The notes beneath the pieces are model-generated. The model was given only the letters and a program-made list of their open reading frames with translations, searched no databases and was not told the DNA's origin. Of a stretch of 29,306 nucleotides of DNA, positions 16,846-24,197 are shown in pieces (the stretch's first letter is position 1; every line of letters starts with the position of its first letter). Where the stretch lies: IMG/VR virus record IMGVR_UViG_3300020042_002364, positions 1-29,306 of that record, one strand, 5' to 3'. A program made the translations under genes and the position numbers. This stretch comes from a virus. Taxonomy: Duplodnaviria; Caudoviricetes.

Positions 16846-17987
16846 TGAGTTTATTAACACAAGCAAGTTTAATTTTGACTTCAAACGCATACAAGGCGAG
16901 TAAGTTGTATTCTATTGTACCAACAAGTGGGAATGGAGATATGACTGTTGCAAGAGCTACAACTGCAACACGAGTAAACAGTAGCGGAGTAGTTGAATCA
17001 GTAGCTATAAATGTACCAAGATTGAATTATGCTACAGTAGGAGGTTGTCCAAGTATCTTGTTAGAGCCACAGAGGACTAATTTAATGACACATAGTCAAG
17101 ATTTTACTAATATAAATTGGACTAAAAACTCTACCTCAATTGTATCCACAAATAATTTATCACCAAATGGCACATTAACGGCAACAAGATTAGGAATAAC
17201 AGATACATCAAATCCAACTTTACAACAAGTAATAACGGGAACAATAAGTGCATCTTACACAACTTCTTTTTGGGTGAGAAGAATAAGCGGAACGGCTCAG
17301 GTTTATTTAAGGGCTGGAAGTTTAGACCCTTTTAATATTACTCTTACTTCAGAATGGAAATTGTTTACTGCAACAGGTTCATCAACAACCACGACAATAA
17401 GATGTGGTATCGGATTTCTTGCTCCAGTTCTTGGAACTGATGTTATAGAAGTTTGGGGCGCACAACTCGAACAAGGAGCATATCCAACATCATACATCCC
17501 GACAACAACAACGGCATTGACGAGGAATGCTGATGTGTTAAGTAGAAATAATATTTTTACAAATGGATTAATTACTGCTTCGGGTGGAACTTGGTTTGTT
17601 GAATTGGATAATAATTTTGCTTTAACAAGGGATGCATTTTCTTCAAGCATAGCTTTAAATACGGTTAGCAATAATACTGGAAATGGACTTGAAATAAGAA
17701 GTTCAACAGGTTCATCAAGGTTGCAAATATTTAAGAACACAGCTGGTTCGGGAAGTTCAATGTACACAACATTAACTGATAAAATTAAGGTGGCATTAAA
17801 ATGGAATGGAACAACTGCTGATTTTTTTGTAAATGGTACAAAAGTAGTTTCTGCAACTGCTTTTACCGAAACAACTATGCAGTTTTTAAACTTATCCGCA
17901 CAAGATGTTCCAAAATACATAAAATCAATAATGCTATTTCCTACACCTTTAACAGATGCAGAATGTACATCACTAACAACTCTATAA
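16845..17987 (+). CDS. Putative fibre/receptor-binding protein with lectin-like beta-sandwich domains
   Basis: Thr/Ser-rich 380 aa; LLEPQRTNL, WGAQLEQGAYPTSYIPT, TRNAD motifs; C-terminal LamG-like FVNG...LTDAE. Confidence 0.65.
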   Translation: MSLLTQASLILTSNAYKASKLYSIVPTSGNGDMTVARATTATRVNSSGVVESVAINVPRLNYATVGGCPSILLEPQRTNLMTHSQDFTNINWTKNSTSIVSTNNLSPNGTLTATRLGITDTSNPTLQQVITGTISASYTTSFWVRRISGTAQVYLRAGSLDPFNITLTSEWKLFTATGSSTTTTIRCGIGFLAPVLGTDVIEVWGAQLEQGAYPTSYIPTTTTALTRNADVLSRNNIFTNGLITASGGTWFVELDNNFALTRDAFSSSIALNTVSNNTGNGLEIRSSTGSSRLQIFKNTAGSGSSMYTTLTDKIKVALKWNGTTADFFVNGTKVVSATAFTETTMQFLNLSAQDVPKYIKSIMLFPTPLTDAECTSLTTL

Positions 17988-17988
17988 A

Positions 17989-18258
17989 ATGAATATTTAC
18001 AAATTAAGATTTACAGACAAAGAAACTGCAATAGCTGATTTAAAATCAAAAGGCTTACTTCTTGAAGAAGGATACGGTATAGGTGTTCACGCAATAGTTG
18101 AACTTGGTAAAATCGTTATAAACCAACCTACGGAAGAAATAGAGCCGATATTTGCAGATGGTTATCATTACGATATTATGTGTGAACAAGATGTAGACTT
18201 TGGTGAAAATTCATTAGTAGTGAATAATCCTAAACACGGATTTTTAGGATATGAGTAA
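17989..18258 (+). CDS. Hypothetical protein (possible fibre chaperone)
   Basis: 89 aa acidic ORF directly after the fibre gene. Confidence 0.6.
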   Translation: MNIYKLRFTDKETAIADLKSKGLLLEEGYGIGVHAIVELGKIVINQPTEEIEPIFADGYHYDIMCEQDVDFGENSLVVNNPKHGFLGYE

Positions 18259-18424
18259 AGAGCAAGTAGATTTATTATTATCAAAGTGGATTAGCAGAAA
18301 ACTATTAGTTTTTTTAGTAGCTTGTGGAGCATTGTTTTTTGGAACATTAACATCGTCTGATTGGGTTGTTATTGCAACGGCATACATAAGCATAGAAGGT
18401 ATTACTAATATATTAAGAAAATGA
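18251..18424 (+). CDS. Holin-like membrane protein (57 aa, not in ORF track)
   Basis: MSKEQVDLLLSKWISRKLLVFLVACGALFFG...ILRK*, two hydrophobic segments with SRK motif, in the lysis cassette. Confidence 0.65.
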   Translation: MSKEQVDLLLSKWISRKLLVFLVACGALFFGTLTSSDWVVIATAYISIEGITNILRK

Positions 18425-18594
18425 AACAATACTTTTTAGATTTAAAATTAAGTTTATTTACAGGCACATATTTTGTAATTTCTTTTACGGATGTGGATGC
18501 TATTATGAAGGTATTAGCATTTATAGCTGCTACTGGATATACATTAAGACGTTGGTATATATTAGAAAAAAAGAATAAAGATGAAACTGAATAA
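18421..18594 (+). CDS. Second holin/antiholin-like membrane protein (57 aa, not in ORF track)
   Basis: MKQYFLDLKLSLFTGTYFVISF...GYTLRRWYILEKKNKDETE*, hydrophobic segments with charged tail, overlaps the lysozyme start. Confidence 0.65.
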   Translation: MKQYFLDLKLSLFTGTYFVISFTDVDAIMKVLAFIAATGYTLRRWYILEKKNKDETE

Positions 18595-19030
18595 TCTCGG
18601 CTATTTAATGATTGCAGATTTTGAAGGATTTAGTGCTAAACCTTATTTGTGTCCAGCTAAATTAGCTACAATAGGATATGGAAATACATTTTATCCAAAT
18701 GGTAAGAAGGTATCTATGATTGATAAAGAAATAACTAAAGCCGAAGCATTTGAAATGTTTAAAGAAATAGCTGATAAGTTTGCTAAACGTGTCTCAAATT
18801 GTGTAATTGCACCTTTAAATCAAAATCAATTTAATAGTTTAGTTTCATTTGCTTACAATGTTGGGGTAGCAAATTTTATGAATAGTACATTGTTGAAAAA
18901 GGTAAACACAGTTCATAACGACCTATCTATACGAGTAGAGTTTTTAAAATGGGATAAAGTAGGAACAAAAAAATTAGCAGGTTTAACTAAAAGACGAATT
19001 TATGAAGCAGATAATTATTTTACTATTTAG
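18581..19030 (+). CDS. Endolysin, GH24 phage lysozyme
   Basis: FEG...YLCPA...TIGYG catalytic region, LNQNQFNSLVSFAYNVG, GLTKRR. Confidence 0.95.
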   Translation: MKLNNLGYLMIADFEGFSAKPYLCPAKLATIGYGNTFYPNGKKVSMIDKEITKAEAFEMFKEIADKFAKRVSNCVIAPLNQNQFNSLVSFAYNVGVANFMNSTLLKKVNTVHNDLSIRVEFLKWDKVGTKKLAGLTKRRIYEADNYFTI

Positions 19031-19451
19031 CATATTATTTATATCTTGTGGTAGCAGAAAGGTAGTAATAGATAAAATTAAAAAAGATTCTTTGTCACAA
19101 ATAGTAACTAAAATTGCGACAAAAGAGGATGTTAAAATAGAAACTAAAAATAATATTTTATCAGAAGAATTAATTATAACACCTTTTGATAGTTGTAAGG
19201 ATATTGTTATTGATGGTAAAACGTACAGAAACGTTACTATTAACTATAAAAAGACAAAAGATAATAGTTTACATATAGAAAAAAAAACAATCGTTAAAAA
19301 CGAACTTAAAAAGGAATTAACTAAAACTTCAGTTAAAGAATTTAAAAAGGATATAGATAAAAAAGCTAATTATTTTGTTTATTTATGGCTTTTATTAATA
19401 CCAATAATCATCTATTTATTTAAAAAATTAAAATCAAGTTTCTTTTTTTAA
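19002..19451 (+). CDS. Probable unimolecular spanin
   Basis: Lipoprotein signal ending LFIS-C plus C-terminal TM helix and basic tail, directly after the endolysin. Confidence 0.75.
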   Translation: MKQIIILLFSILFISCGSRKVVIDKIKKDSLSQIVTKIATKEDVKIETKNNILSEELIITPFDSCKDIVIDGKTYRNVTINYKKTKDNSLHIEKKTIVKNELKKELTKTSVKEFKKDIDKKANYFVYLWLLLIPIIIYLFKKLKSSFFF

Positions 19452-19567
19452 GTTTTTTGTAGCCGATGCATCCACTTACTTTGTTTTTATAAACTTTTTT
19501 TGCTTTTTTTTGTCTATTTATTTTGTTCTTTTTTTTTTAAATGTGTATTTTGTTTTTTGCAACACGG

Positions 19568-19575
19568 CAAAGTTA
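19568..19575 (-). promoter_or_regulatory. Minus-strand Bacteroidetes -7 promoter element
   Basis: CAAAGTTA = TAACTTTG on the minus strand, in the largest intergenic gap. Confidence 0.45.
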
Positions 19576-19644
19576 TAAGAAAAAAATTAAAAAGGTTCTG
19601 TTTTTAAAATAAAGATATTTACAACATTGTTTATAAAGTATATT

Positions 19645-19652
19645 TATATTTG
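19645..19652 (+). promoter_or_regulatory. Bacteroidetes -7 promoter element
   Basis: TATATTTG ending 4 nt before ATG 19657. Confidence 0.6.
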
Positions 19653-19656
19653 ACAA

Positions 19657-19869
19657 ATGAAAAATAAAGATTTTAAAAAAATAATGACTGATATTTTAAT
19701 TAAACAAAATGATGCATATAGTTTAGATAATTATGCATTTGTATGTTCTAAAATATGGGATAATGGTTTAAAAGAATATAAAGGTATTCCAATATATTAT
19801 TTTAATGCTGTATTAATGGGTGATATTATACAATTAATTCCCTCACCAATGATGCAAGATTATGTCTAA
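19657..19869 (+). CDS. Hypothetical protein
   Basis: 70 aa ORF overlapping the ninG start. Confidence 0.65.
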   Translation: MKNKDFKKIMTDILIKQNDAYSLDNYAFVCSKIWDNGLKEYKGIPIYYFNAVLMGDIIQLIPSPMMQDYV

Positions 19870-20251
19870 AAAACCAACACGTAAATCATTAGTAAAAAAA
19901 TTAGATACAGTATTTAGTCAGTATATCAGACAAAAAGATGCTATATCTGATATTGCAATATGCGTTACGTGTGGTAAAAAAGATAATTGGCAAAAGTTAC
20001 AATGTGGACATTTTATGTCAAGACGTCATTATAACACACGTTGGGATGAAGATAATTGCCACGTTCAATGTGCAGGATGTAATGTCTTTAAAGCTGGTGA
20101 AATATACTTATACAATAAATACTTATGTACTAAATTTGATAATAACTTTCCTGATAGATTATACGCTAAATCAAATATTAGTGTTAAATTTGCTGATGTA
20201 GATTTAATAGATATGATTGAGAAATACACTTCCTTGTTGGAATCTTTATAA
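19862..20251 (+). CDS. ninG: NinG/Rap-family recombination endonuclease
   Basis: FSQYIR, CVTCG, CGHF.SR, RWDEDNCHVQCAGCN motifs. Confidence 0.9.
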   Translation: MSKKPTRKSLVKKLDTVFSQYIRQKDAISDIAICVTCGKKDNWQKLQCGHFMSRRHYNTRWDEDNCHVQCAGCNVFKAGEIYLYNKYLCTKFDNNFPDRLYAKSNISVKFADVDLIDMIEKYTSLLESL

Positions 20252-20273
20252 TTGTTGTTTAATTGTTGATTAG

Positions 20274-20305
20274 AAAAGGGTACTTTAATTAGTATCCTTT
20301 TTTTT
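20274..20305 (+). terminator. Rho-independent terminator
   Basis: AAAAGGGTACT-TTAATT-AGTATCCTTTT plus T run. Confidence 0.9.
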
Positions 20306-20313
20306 GTCTAAAA

Positions 20314-20374
20314 GTTAAAATTATGTTAAAAAAAATAATAATAGTTTTTTATCTTAAAAACAGTTATATATTTG
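20314..20374 (+). promoter_or_regulatory. Bacteroidetes-type promoter with GTTAAA direct repeats
   Basis: GTTAAA at 20314 and 20325; TATATTTG at 20367-20374. Confidence 0.75.
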
Positions 20375-20411
20375 TACTCAACAAACAATAACAAACTAAA
20401 AAACACAAATT

Positions 20412-20687
20412 ATGGAAACTATAGAAATTAAAATGCAAGATTTAATTTACGCATCAGAACCAACTAACATATTAGCTATTGGTAGAAATCAAAGAAACAA
20501 AATAAATTTTACTGTTAAAAGCATTGACAGATATTTAACTTTTCAAGGTGCTAATATGGTAAAATACGTTTGTTATTGCGAAAGTATCAATAAAAAAGAC
20601 CAAGTGTTTTATGTAAATTATGGTTTAAACGCTGACTATAAAAACATACAATTAAGTTCTGATTTAGCACCAACAACATTTAAATAA
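20412..20687 (+). CDS. Hypothetical early protein
   Basis: 91 aa ORF after promoter and A-rich leader. Confidence 0.75.
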   Translation: METIEIKMQDLIYASEPTNILAIGRNQRNKINFTVKSIDRYLTFQGANMVKYVCYCESINKKDQVFYVNYGLNADYKNIQLSSDLAPTTFK

Positions 20688-20737
20688 AAACAAAGTGGAG
20701 CAGCATACTATAAACTGCATCAACAAACAAACAAATA
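20688..20737 (+). repeat. 50-bp intergenic direct repeat, copy 1 (pseudoknot-forming)
   Basis: 49/50 identical to 21184-21233. Confidence 0.95.
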
Positions 20738-20743
20738 GAAATT

Positions 20744-21181
20744 ATGACAAATTTAAATTTTGTAAAATCAGAAATTGAAAAAGATTTAATTGCTTATGCA
20801 GCTAAATATGAAACAACAGTTAAAGAATTATTTTTTGGTGATGAGGTTTTAATATTTTTTAATGAGCCAACTTTAGAATTTTCTTTTGAAAATGGATATG
20901 TTGTCTATACAGATGAACCTAATACTAAAGAGTCTATTGGTAAACAATTTACTTGTTCTTTTAAAACTCCAAAAGGATATATTTCAAGTAAAAAAATAAA
21001 TGTAGATATTAAAGATAAACACAATGTAACTATTGATGAAGCAACAGAATTATTAAAATTTAATACTGATGCAATAAAAAATACATTTGACCCTTTTTAT
21101 AAAGAAAATCAAGCTAAAGCAAAAAATTCAGCTGCTTGGAATTTTGTAGCATCAAATTATTTACAAGGTGATTGTAGATAA
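20744..21181 (+). CDS. Hypothetical protein flanked by the 50-bp repeats
   Basis: 145 aa ORF. Confidence 0.8.
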   Translation: MTNLNFVKSEIEKDLIAYAAKYETTVKELFFGDEVLIFFNEPTLEFSFENGYVVYTDEPNTKESIGKQFTCSFKTPKGYISSKKINVDIKDKHNVTIDEATELLKFNTDAIKNTFDPFYKENQAKAKNSAAWNFVASNYLQGDCR

Positions 21182-21183
21182 AT

Positions 21184-21233
21184 AAACAAAGTGGAGCAGC
21201 ATACTATAAACTGCATTAACAAACAAACAAATA
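21184..21233 (+). repeat. 50-bp intergenic direct repeat, copy 2
   Basis: 49/50 identical to 20688-20737. Confidence 0.95.
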
Positions 21234-21235
21234 TT

Positions 21236-21325
21236 ATGAAAAAAGATTTAGAAAATTTATGTATAGCACTATTATTTATGTGCTTAATTTTAACAGTAAC
21301 AGTATTAATTTTAAACAACTTTTAA
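21236..21325 (+). CDS. Small single-TM peptide (29 aa, not in ORF track)
   Basis: MKKDLENLCIALLFMCLILTVTVLILNNF*, ATG directly follows the repeat leader. Confidence 0.6.
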   Translation: MKKDLENLCIALLFMCLILTVTVLILNNF

Positions 21326-21327
21326 CA

Positions 21328-21507
21328 ATGGAAGATTTATTAGATTACAACAGATTTAGAATGAACGCAATGCAAACAAGAATTTGCGAATTAGAAAGTT
21401 TATTAAATACTTTAGAAACTTACTGCTTTGAATTAGCAGATGATAAATGCCCACGAGAATACAAACAAGTAATTAAACAAGAAATTTATAACTTAAATAT
21501 TAAATAA
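21328..21507 (+). CDS. Hypothetical protein (start re-called to 21328)
   Basis: MEDLLDYNRFRM..., starts 2 nt after the upstream small ORF stop. Confidence 0.7.
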   Translation: MEDLLDYNRFRMNAMQTRICELESLLNTLETYCFELADDKCPREYKQVIKQEIYNLNIK

Positions 21508-21508
21508 A

Positions 21509-22069
21509 ATGGAATTAACATTAAATCAAAAACTATCTTTAATTCAAAAAGAATTTAAAGCAAACAAATCAAAGTTTAATTCATTCGGTAAATATAACTT
21601 TAGAAGCGCAGAAGATATATTAGAAGCATTGAAACCGTATAATGAAAAATACCAAGTTAACTTTACAATCACAGAATCAATGGTTGAATCACAATTTATA
21701 TATTTTCCGATGTTACGTTCGGTAGCTTCAATAAACGATGATTTAGACACAATTACAGCTGCAGCAATAGTTGGTGTTGATATTGAACAAAAAGGGATGC
21801 AAATGCCACAAAAGTTTGGTTCTGCTTCAAGTTACGCTAAAAAGTACGCATTAGGTAATTTATTACTCATTGATGATTCGCAAGATTCAGACGCATCAAA
21901 TAAGCACGAAAAGAACGATTCTAAAGACGAAAAAAAGTTTTTAAATAAGAATACACCAGAATTTAATAAAGCGATTGAATACATCAAAAATGGTGGTAAA
22001 TTTGATGCAATAGAAGCTAAATATAAAATGACTAAAGAGGTTAAAGAAGAATTATTAAAAATAAAATAA
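21509..22069 (+). CDS. erf: ERF-family single-strand annealing protein
   Basis: NSFGKYNFRSAEDIL and QKFGSASSYAKKYAL...DD motifs. Confidence 0.9.
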   Translation: MELTLNQKLSLIQKEFKANKSKFNSFGKYNFRSAEDILEALKPYNEKYQVNFTITESMVESQFIYFPMLRSVASINDDLDTITAAAIVGVDIEQKGMQMPQKFGSASSYAKKYALGNLLLIDDSQDSDASNKHEKNDSKDEKKFLNKNTPEFNKAIEYIKNGGKFDAIEAKYKMTKEVKEELLKIK

Positions 22070-22077
22070 TATATTTG
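22070..22077 (+). promoter_or_regulatory. Bacteroidetes -7 promoter element
   Basis: TATATTTG immediately after the erf stop. Confidence 0.65.
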
Positions 22078-22080
22078 TAA

Positions 22081-22114
22081 ACTGAATAGCTGACAACAGT
22101 AAAAAAAGGTAAGC
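22081..22114 (+). ncRNA. Putative leader pseudoknot, copy A
   Basis: ACTG-aatAGCTGAcAA-CAGT-linker-GTAAGC; covaries with copy B. Confidence 0.6.
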
Positions 22115-22132
22115 AAAATAAAATTAAATAAT

Positions 22133-22939
22133 ATGTTTCAAACAAAAACTGCATCAATGACAAATGGCTCAAATGCAACAGAAGTAAACAAAGTTTACAA
22201 AACAAATGATTTAACAATCTTTAAAGTTATTGGAGGTAACAGAGTGCCAAATCCACAACACATTAAAAGATTAAAAACATCTATTTTAGAAAATGGAATG
22301 TTATGTAACCCAATATTAGTAAATGATAAAATGGAAGTAATAGATGGTCAGCATCGTTTATTAGCATCTAAAGAATGTGATTCGTTTATTTACTATATTA
22401 TATTAAAAAACTATTCTTTACAAGAAGTTCATACTTTAAATTTAAATCAAAAGAATTGGACAAAAAAAGATTTTATGGATGGTTACGCTGATATGGGAAT
22501 TGAATCTTATATAAAGTTAAAGCATTTTATTGAAAATAATCAAGATTTTACTTTTGCTGATTGTGTAAGTTTATGTAGTAATACAGCAGGTAAAACTCTT
22601 GGAATTGATATGAGACCTTTAAAAAATGGATTAACACCTAACCAAACTGAAATATTTGTTGCAGGTACTTGGAAAGGAAAAGATTTTGAATTAGCTAATG
22701 AATGGGCTGAAAAAATAAAACTAATAAAACATTACTATGTTGGATACAATAGAAGTACATTTGTTAGTGTTATGATTGGTTTATTTAAAAACCCATTATT
22801 TGATTATAGTGAATTTATGCATAAAGTTAGATTGCAACCAAAATCTTTAGTTGATTGTGCAAATGCAGCACAACAAAGATTATTAATTGAAGAAATATAT
22901 AATTACAAAAGTAGAAATAAAGTTAATTTAAGATACTAA
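22133..22939 (+). CDS. ParB/Srx-like N-terminal domain protein
   Basis: NR...L..SI...G...PILV...VIDGQHRL motif. Confidence 0.85.
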   Translation: MFQTKTASMTNGSNATEVNKVYKTNDLTIFKVIGGNRVPNPQHIKRLKTSILENGMLCNPILVNDKMEVIDGQHRLLASKECDSFIYYIILKNYSLQEVHTLNLNQKNWTKKDFMDGYADMGIESYIKLKHFIENNQDFTFADCVSLCSNTAGKTLGIDMRPLKNGLTPNQTEIFVAGTWKGKDFELANEWAEKIKLIKHYYVGYNRSTFVSVMIGLFKNPLFDYSEFMHKVRLQPKSLVDCANAAQQRLLIEEIYNYKSRNKVNLRY

Positions 22940-22943
22940 AAAA

Positions 22944-22974
22944 ATAGGGAAGCTGAAAACTATATAGAGTAAGC
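22944..22974 (+). ncRNA. Putative leader pseudoknot, copy B (upstream of SSB)
   Basis: ATAG-ggaAGCTGAaAA-CTAT-linker-GTAAGC. Confidence 0.6.
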
Positions 22975-22995
22975 AAATAATTAAATAAATAAATT

Positions 22996-23295
22996 ATGAG
23001 TGCATTAATTAATGTAAGTTTAAGAGTTGACAAATTACCTAAAGAAAAATTTGTACAAGGTAAAGATGGTGCAGTTTATTACAACTTTACAGTTGGAGTA
23101 AATGACGAATCTAATCAATGGGGACAAAATGTTTCTTTAACTGATAGTCAAACTAAAGAAGAAAGAGAAGCTAAAAAGCCTAAAACGTATTTAGGAAATG
23201 GTAATGTTGTTTGGACTGATGGTAACATTAAACTTGCTGATAAAAAGCAAGAGTCTAATGCAAAAGAATTGGTAACAGATGATTTACCATTCTAA
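22996..23295 (+). CDS. Single-stranded DNA-binding protein
   Basis: 99 aa with acidic DDLPF C-terminus, near erf. Confidence 0.75.
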   Translation: MSALINVSLRVDKLPKEKFVQGKDGAVYYNFTVGVNDESNQWGQNVSLTDSQTKEEREAKKPKTYLGNGNVVWTDGNIKLADKKQESNAKELVTDDLPF

Positions 23296-23303
23296 ATTTA
23301 AAT

Positions 23304-23330
23304 GGGTAGTGTAAAAGCTACCCTTTTTTT
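23304..23330 (+). terminator. Rho-independent terminator
   Basis: GGGTAGT-GTAAAA-GCTACCC plus T7. Confidence 0.85.
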
Positions 23331-23354
23331 AAACAAAAACAAGAAAACAATAAT

Positions 23355-24194
23355 ATGGATATAGAAGCACAAAGGCTATTAATGCAAATGTTTGAAGAAG
23401 ATTGCTTTATAAATCCATTAGAAAAGATAGAATATCCTAAACCTGCAATATCATTTGGAACTAAAACATACGAAACAAAAGATGGCTCAAAAGAATATCC
23501 AGTACCTTTAGGAACTTATGGTAATTTTAGCTTTGTACAAGCACCACCAAAATCAAAGAAAACATTTTTTGTAAGTTTATTATCAGCCGTTTATTTAGCA
23601 GAACATTTAGAATCATTTTGTGGTGAATTAAAAGCCAATAGGGAAAACAAACATATAATACACTTTGATACAGAACAAGGTAATTTTCACGCTCAAATGG
23701 TATTTAAACGACCTTTAGATATGATCGGTTTAAAAACTGAAAAATATCATACTTTAGCATTGAGACAATTGTCATTTAAAGAGCGAGTTGATTTTATAGA
23801 ATATTATCTTTATGATAAATTAGAAGCTAAAGAAATAGGTTTAGTTATTATAGATGGTATAGCTGATTTATGTAGTGATGTAAATAACATTGAAGAATCA
23901 AATGCTGTAGTTCAAAAGTTAATGAAATGGAGTAAAGAATTAAATTGCCACATTGTAACAGTTATACATAGCAACTTTGGTTCAGATAAGCCTACAGGAC
24001 ATTTAGGTTCATTTTTAGAAAAGAAAGCAGAAACACAAATACAATTAGAATTAAACACAGTAAACAAGGGTTTAGTAACAGTATCTTGCAAACGAAGTAA
24101 CGCACCATTTGATAATTTTAGCTTTAAAGTTAATAGTTTTGGATTGCCACAAGTTGAAGGTGCTTTTTACGACCCATTAAAAGATATATTTTAA
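23355..24194 (+). CDS. RecA-fold ATPase, RepA/DnaB-like helicase
   Basis: Variant Walker A APPKSKKT, FDTEQ, Walker B VIIDGIAD, VIHSN, GHLGS. Confidence 0.75.
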   Translation: MDIEAQRLLMQMFEEDCFINPLEKIEYPKPAISFGTKTYETKDGSKEYPVPLGTYGNFSFVQAPPKSKKTFFVSLLSAVYLAEHLESFCGELKANRENKHIIHFDTEQGNFHAQMVFKRPLDMIGLKTEKYHTLALRQLSFKERVDFIEYYLYDKLEAKEIGLVIIDGIADLCSDVNNIEESNAVVQKLMKWSKELNCHIVTVIHSNFGSDKPTGHLGSFLEKKAETQIQLELNTVNKGLVTVSCKRSNAPFDNFSFKVNSFGLPQVEGAFYDPLKDIF

Positions 24195-24197
24195 ATT

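Noticed and set aside
16845-17987. Diversity-generating retroelement targeting the fibre gene
   Set aside because: No reverse transcriptase and no template/variable repeat pair seen in the window.
14632-20201. Alternative-frame + strand ORFs 14632..14832 and 19938..20201
   Set aside because: They are nested in portal and ninG, with Leu/Ile-rich off-frame composition and no slippery site or leader.
20688-21233. 50-bp repeat as a CRISPR array or IS ends
   Set aside because: Only two copies, separated by a full gene; no cas or transposase genes and no inverted termini.
22081-22114. Assignment of the leader pseudoknots to preQ1-I or SAM-II riboswitches
   Set aside because: The size and topology are similar, but I could not match the ligand-binding consensus nucleotides and the downstream genes are unrelated to those pathways.
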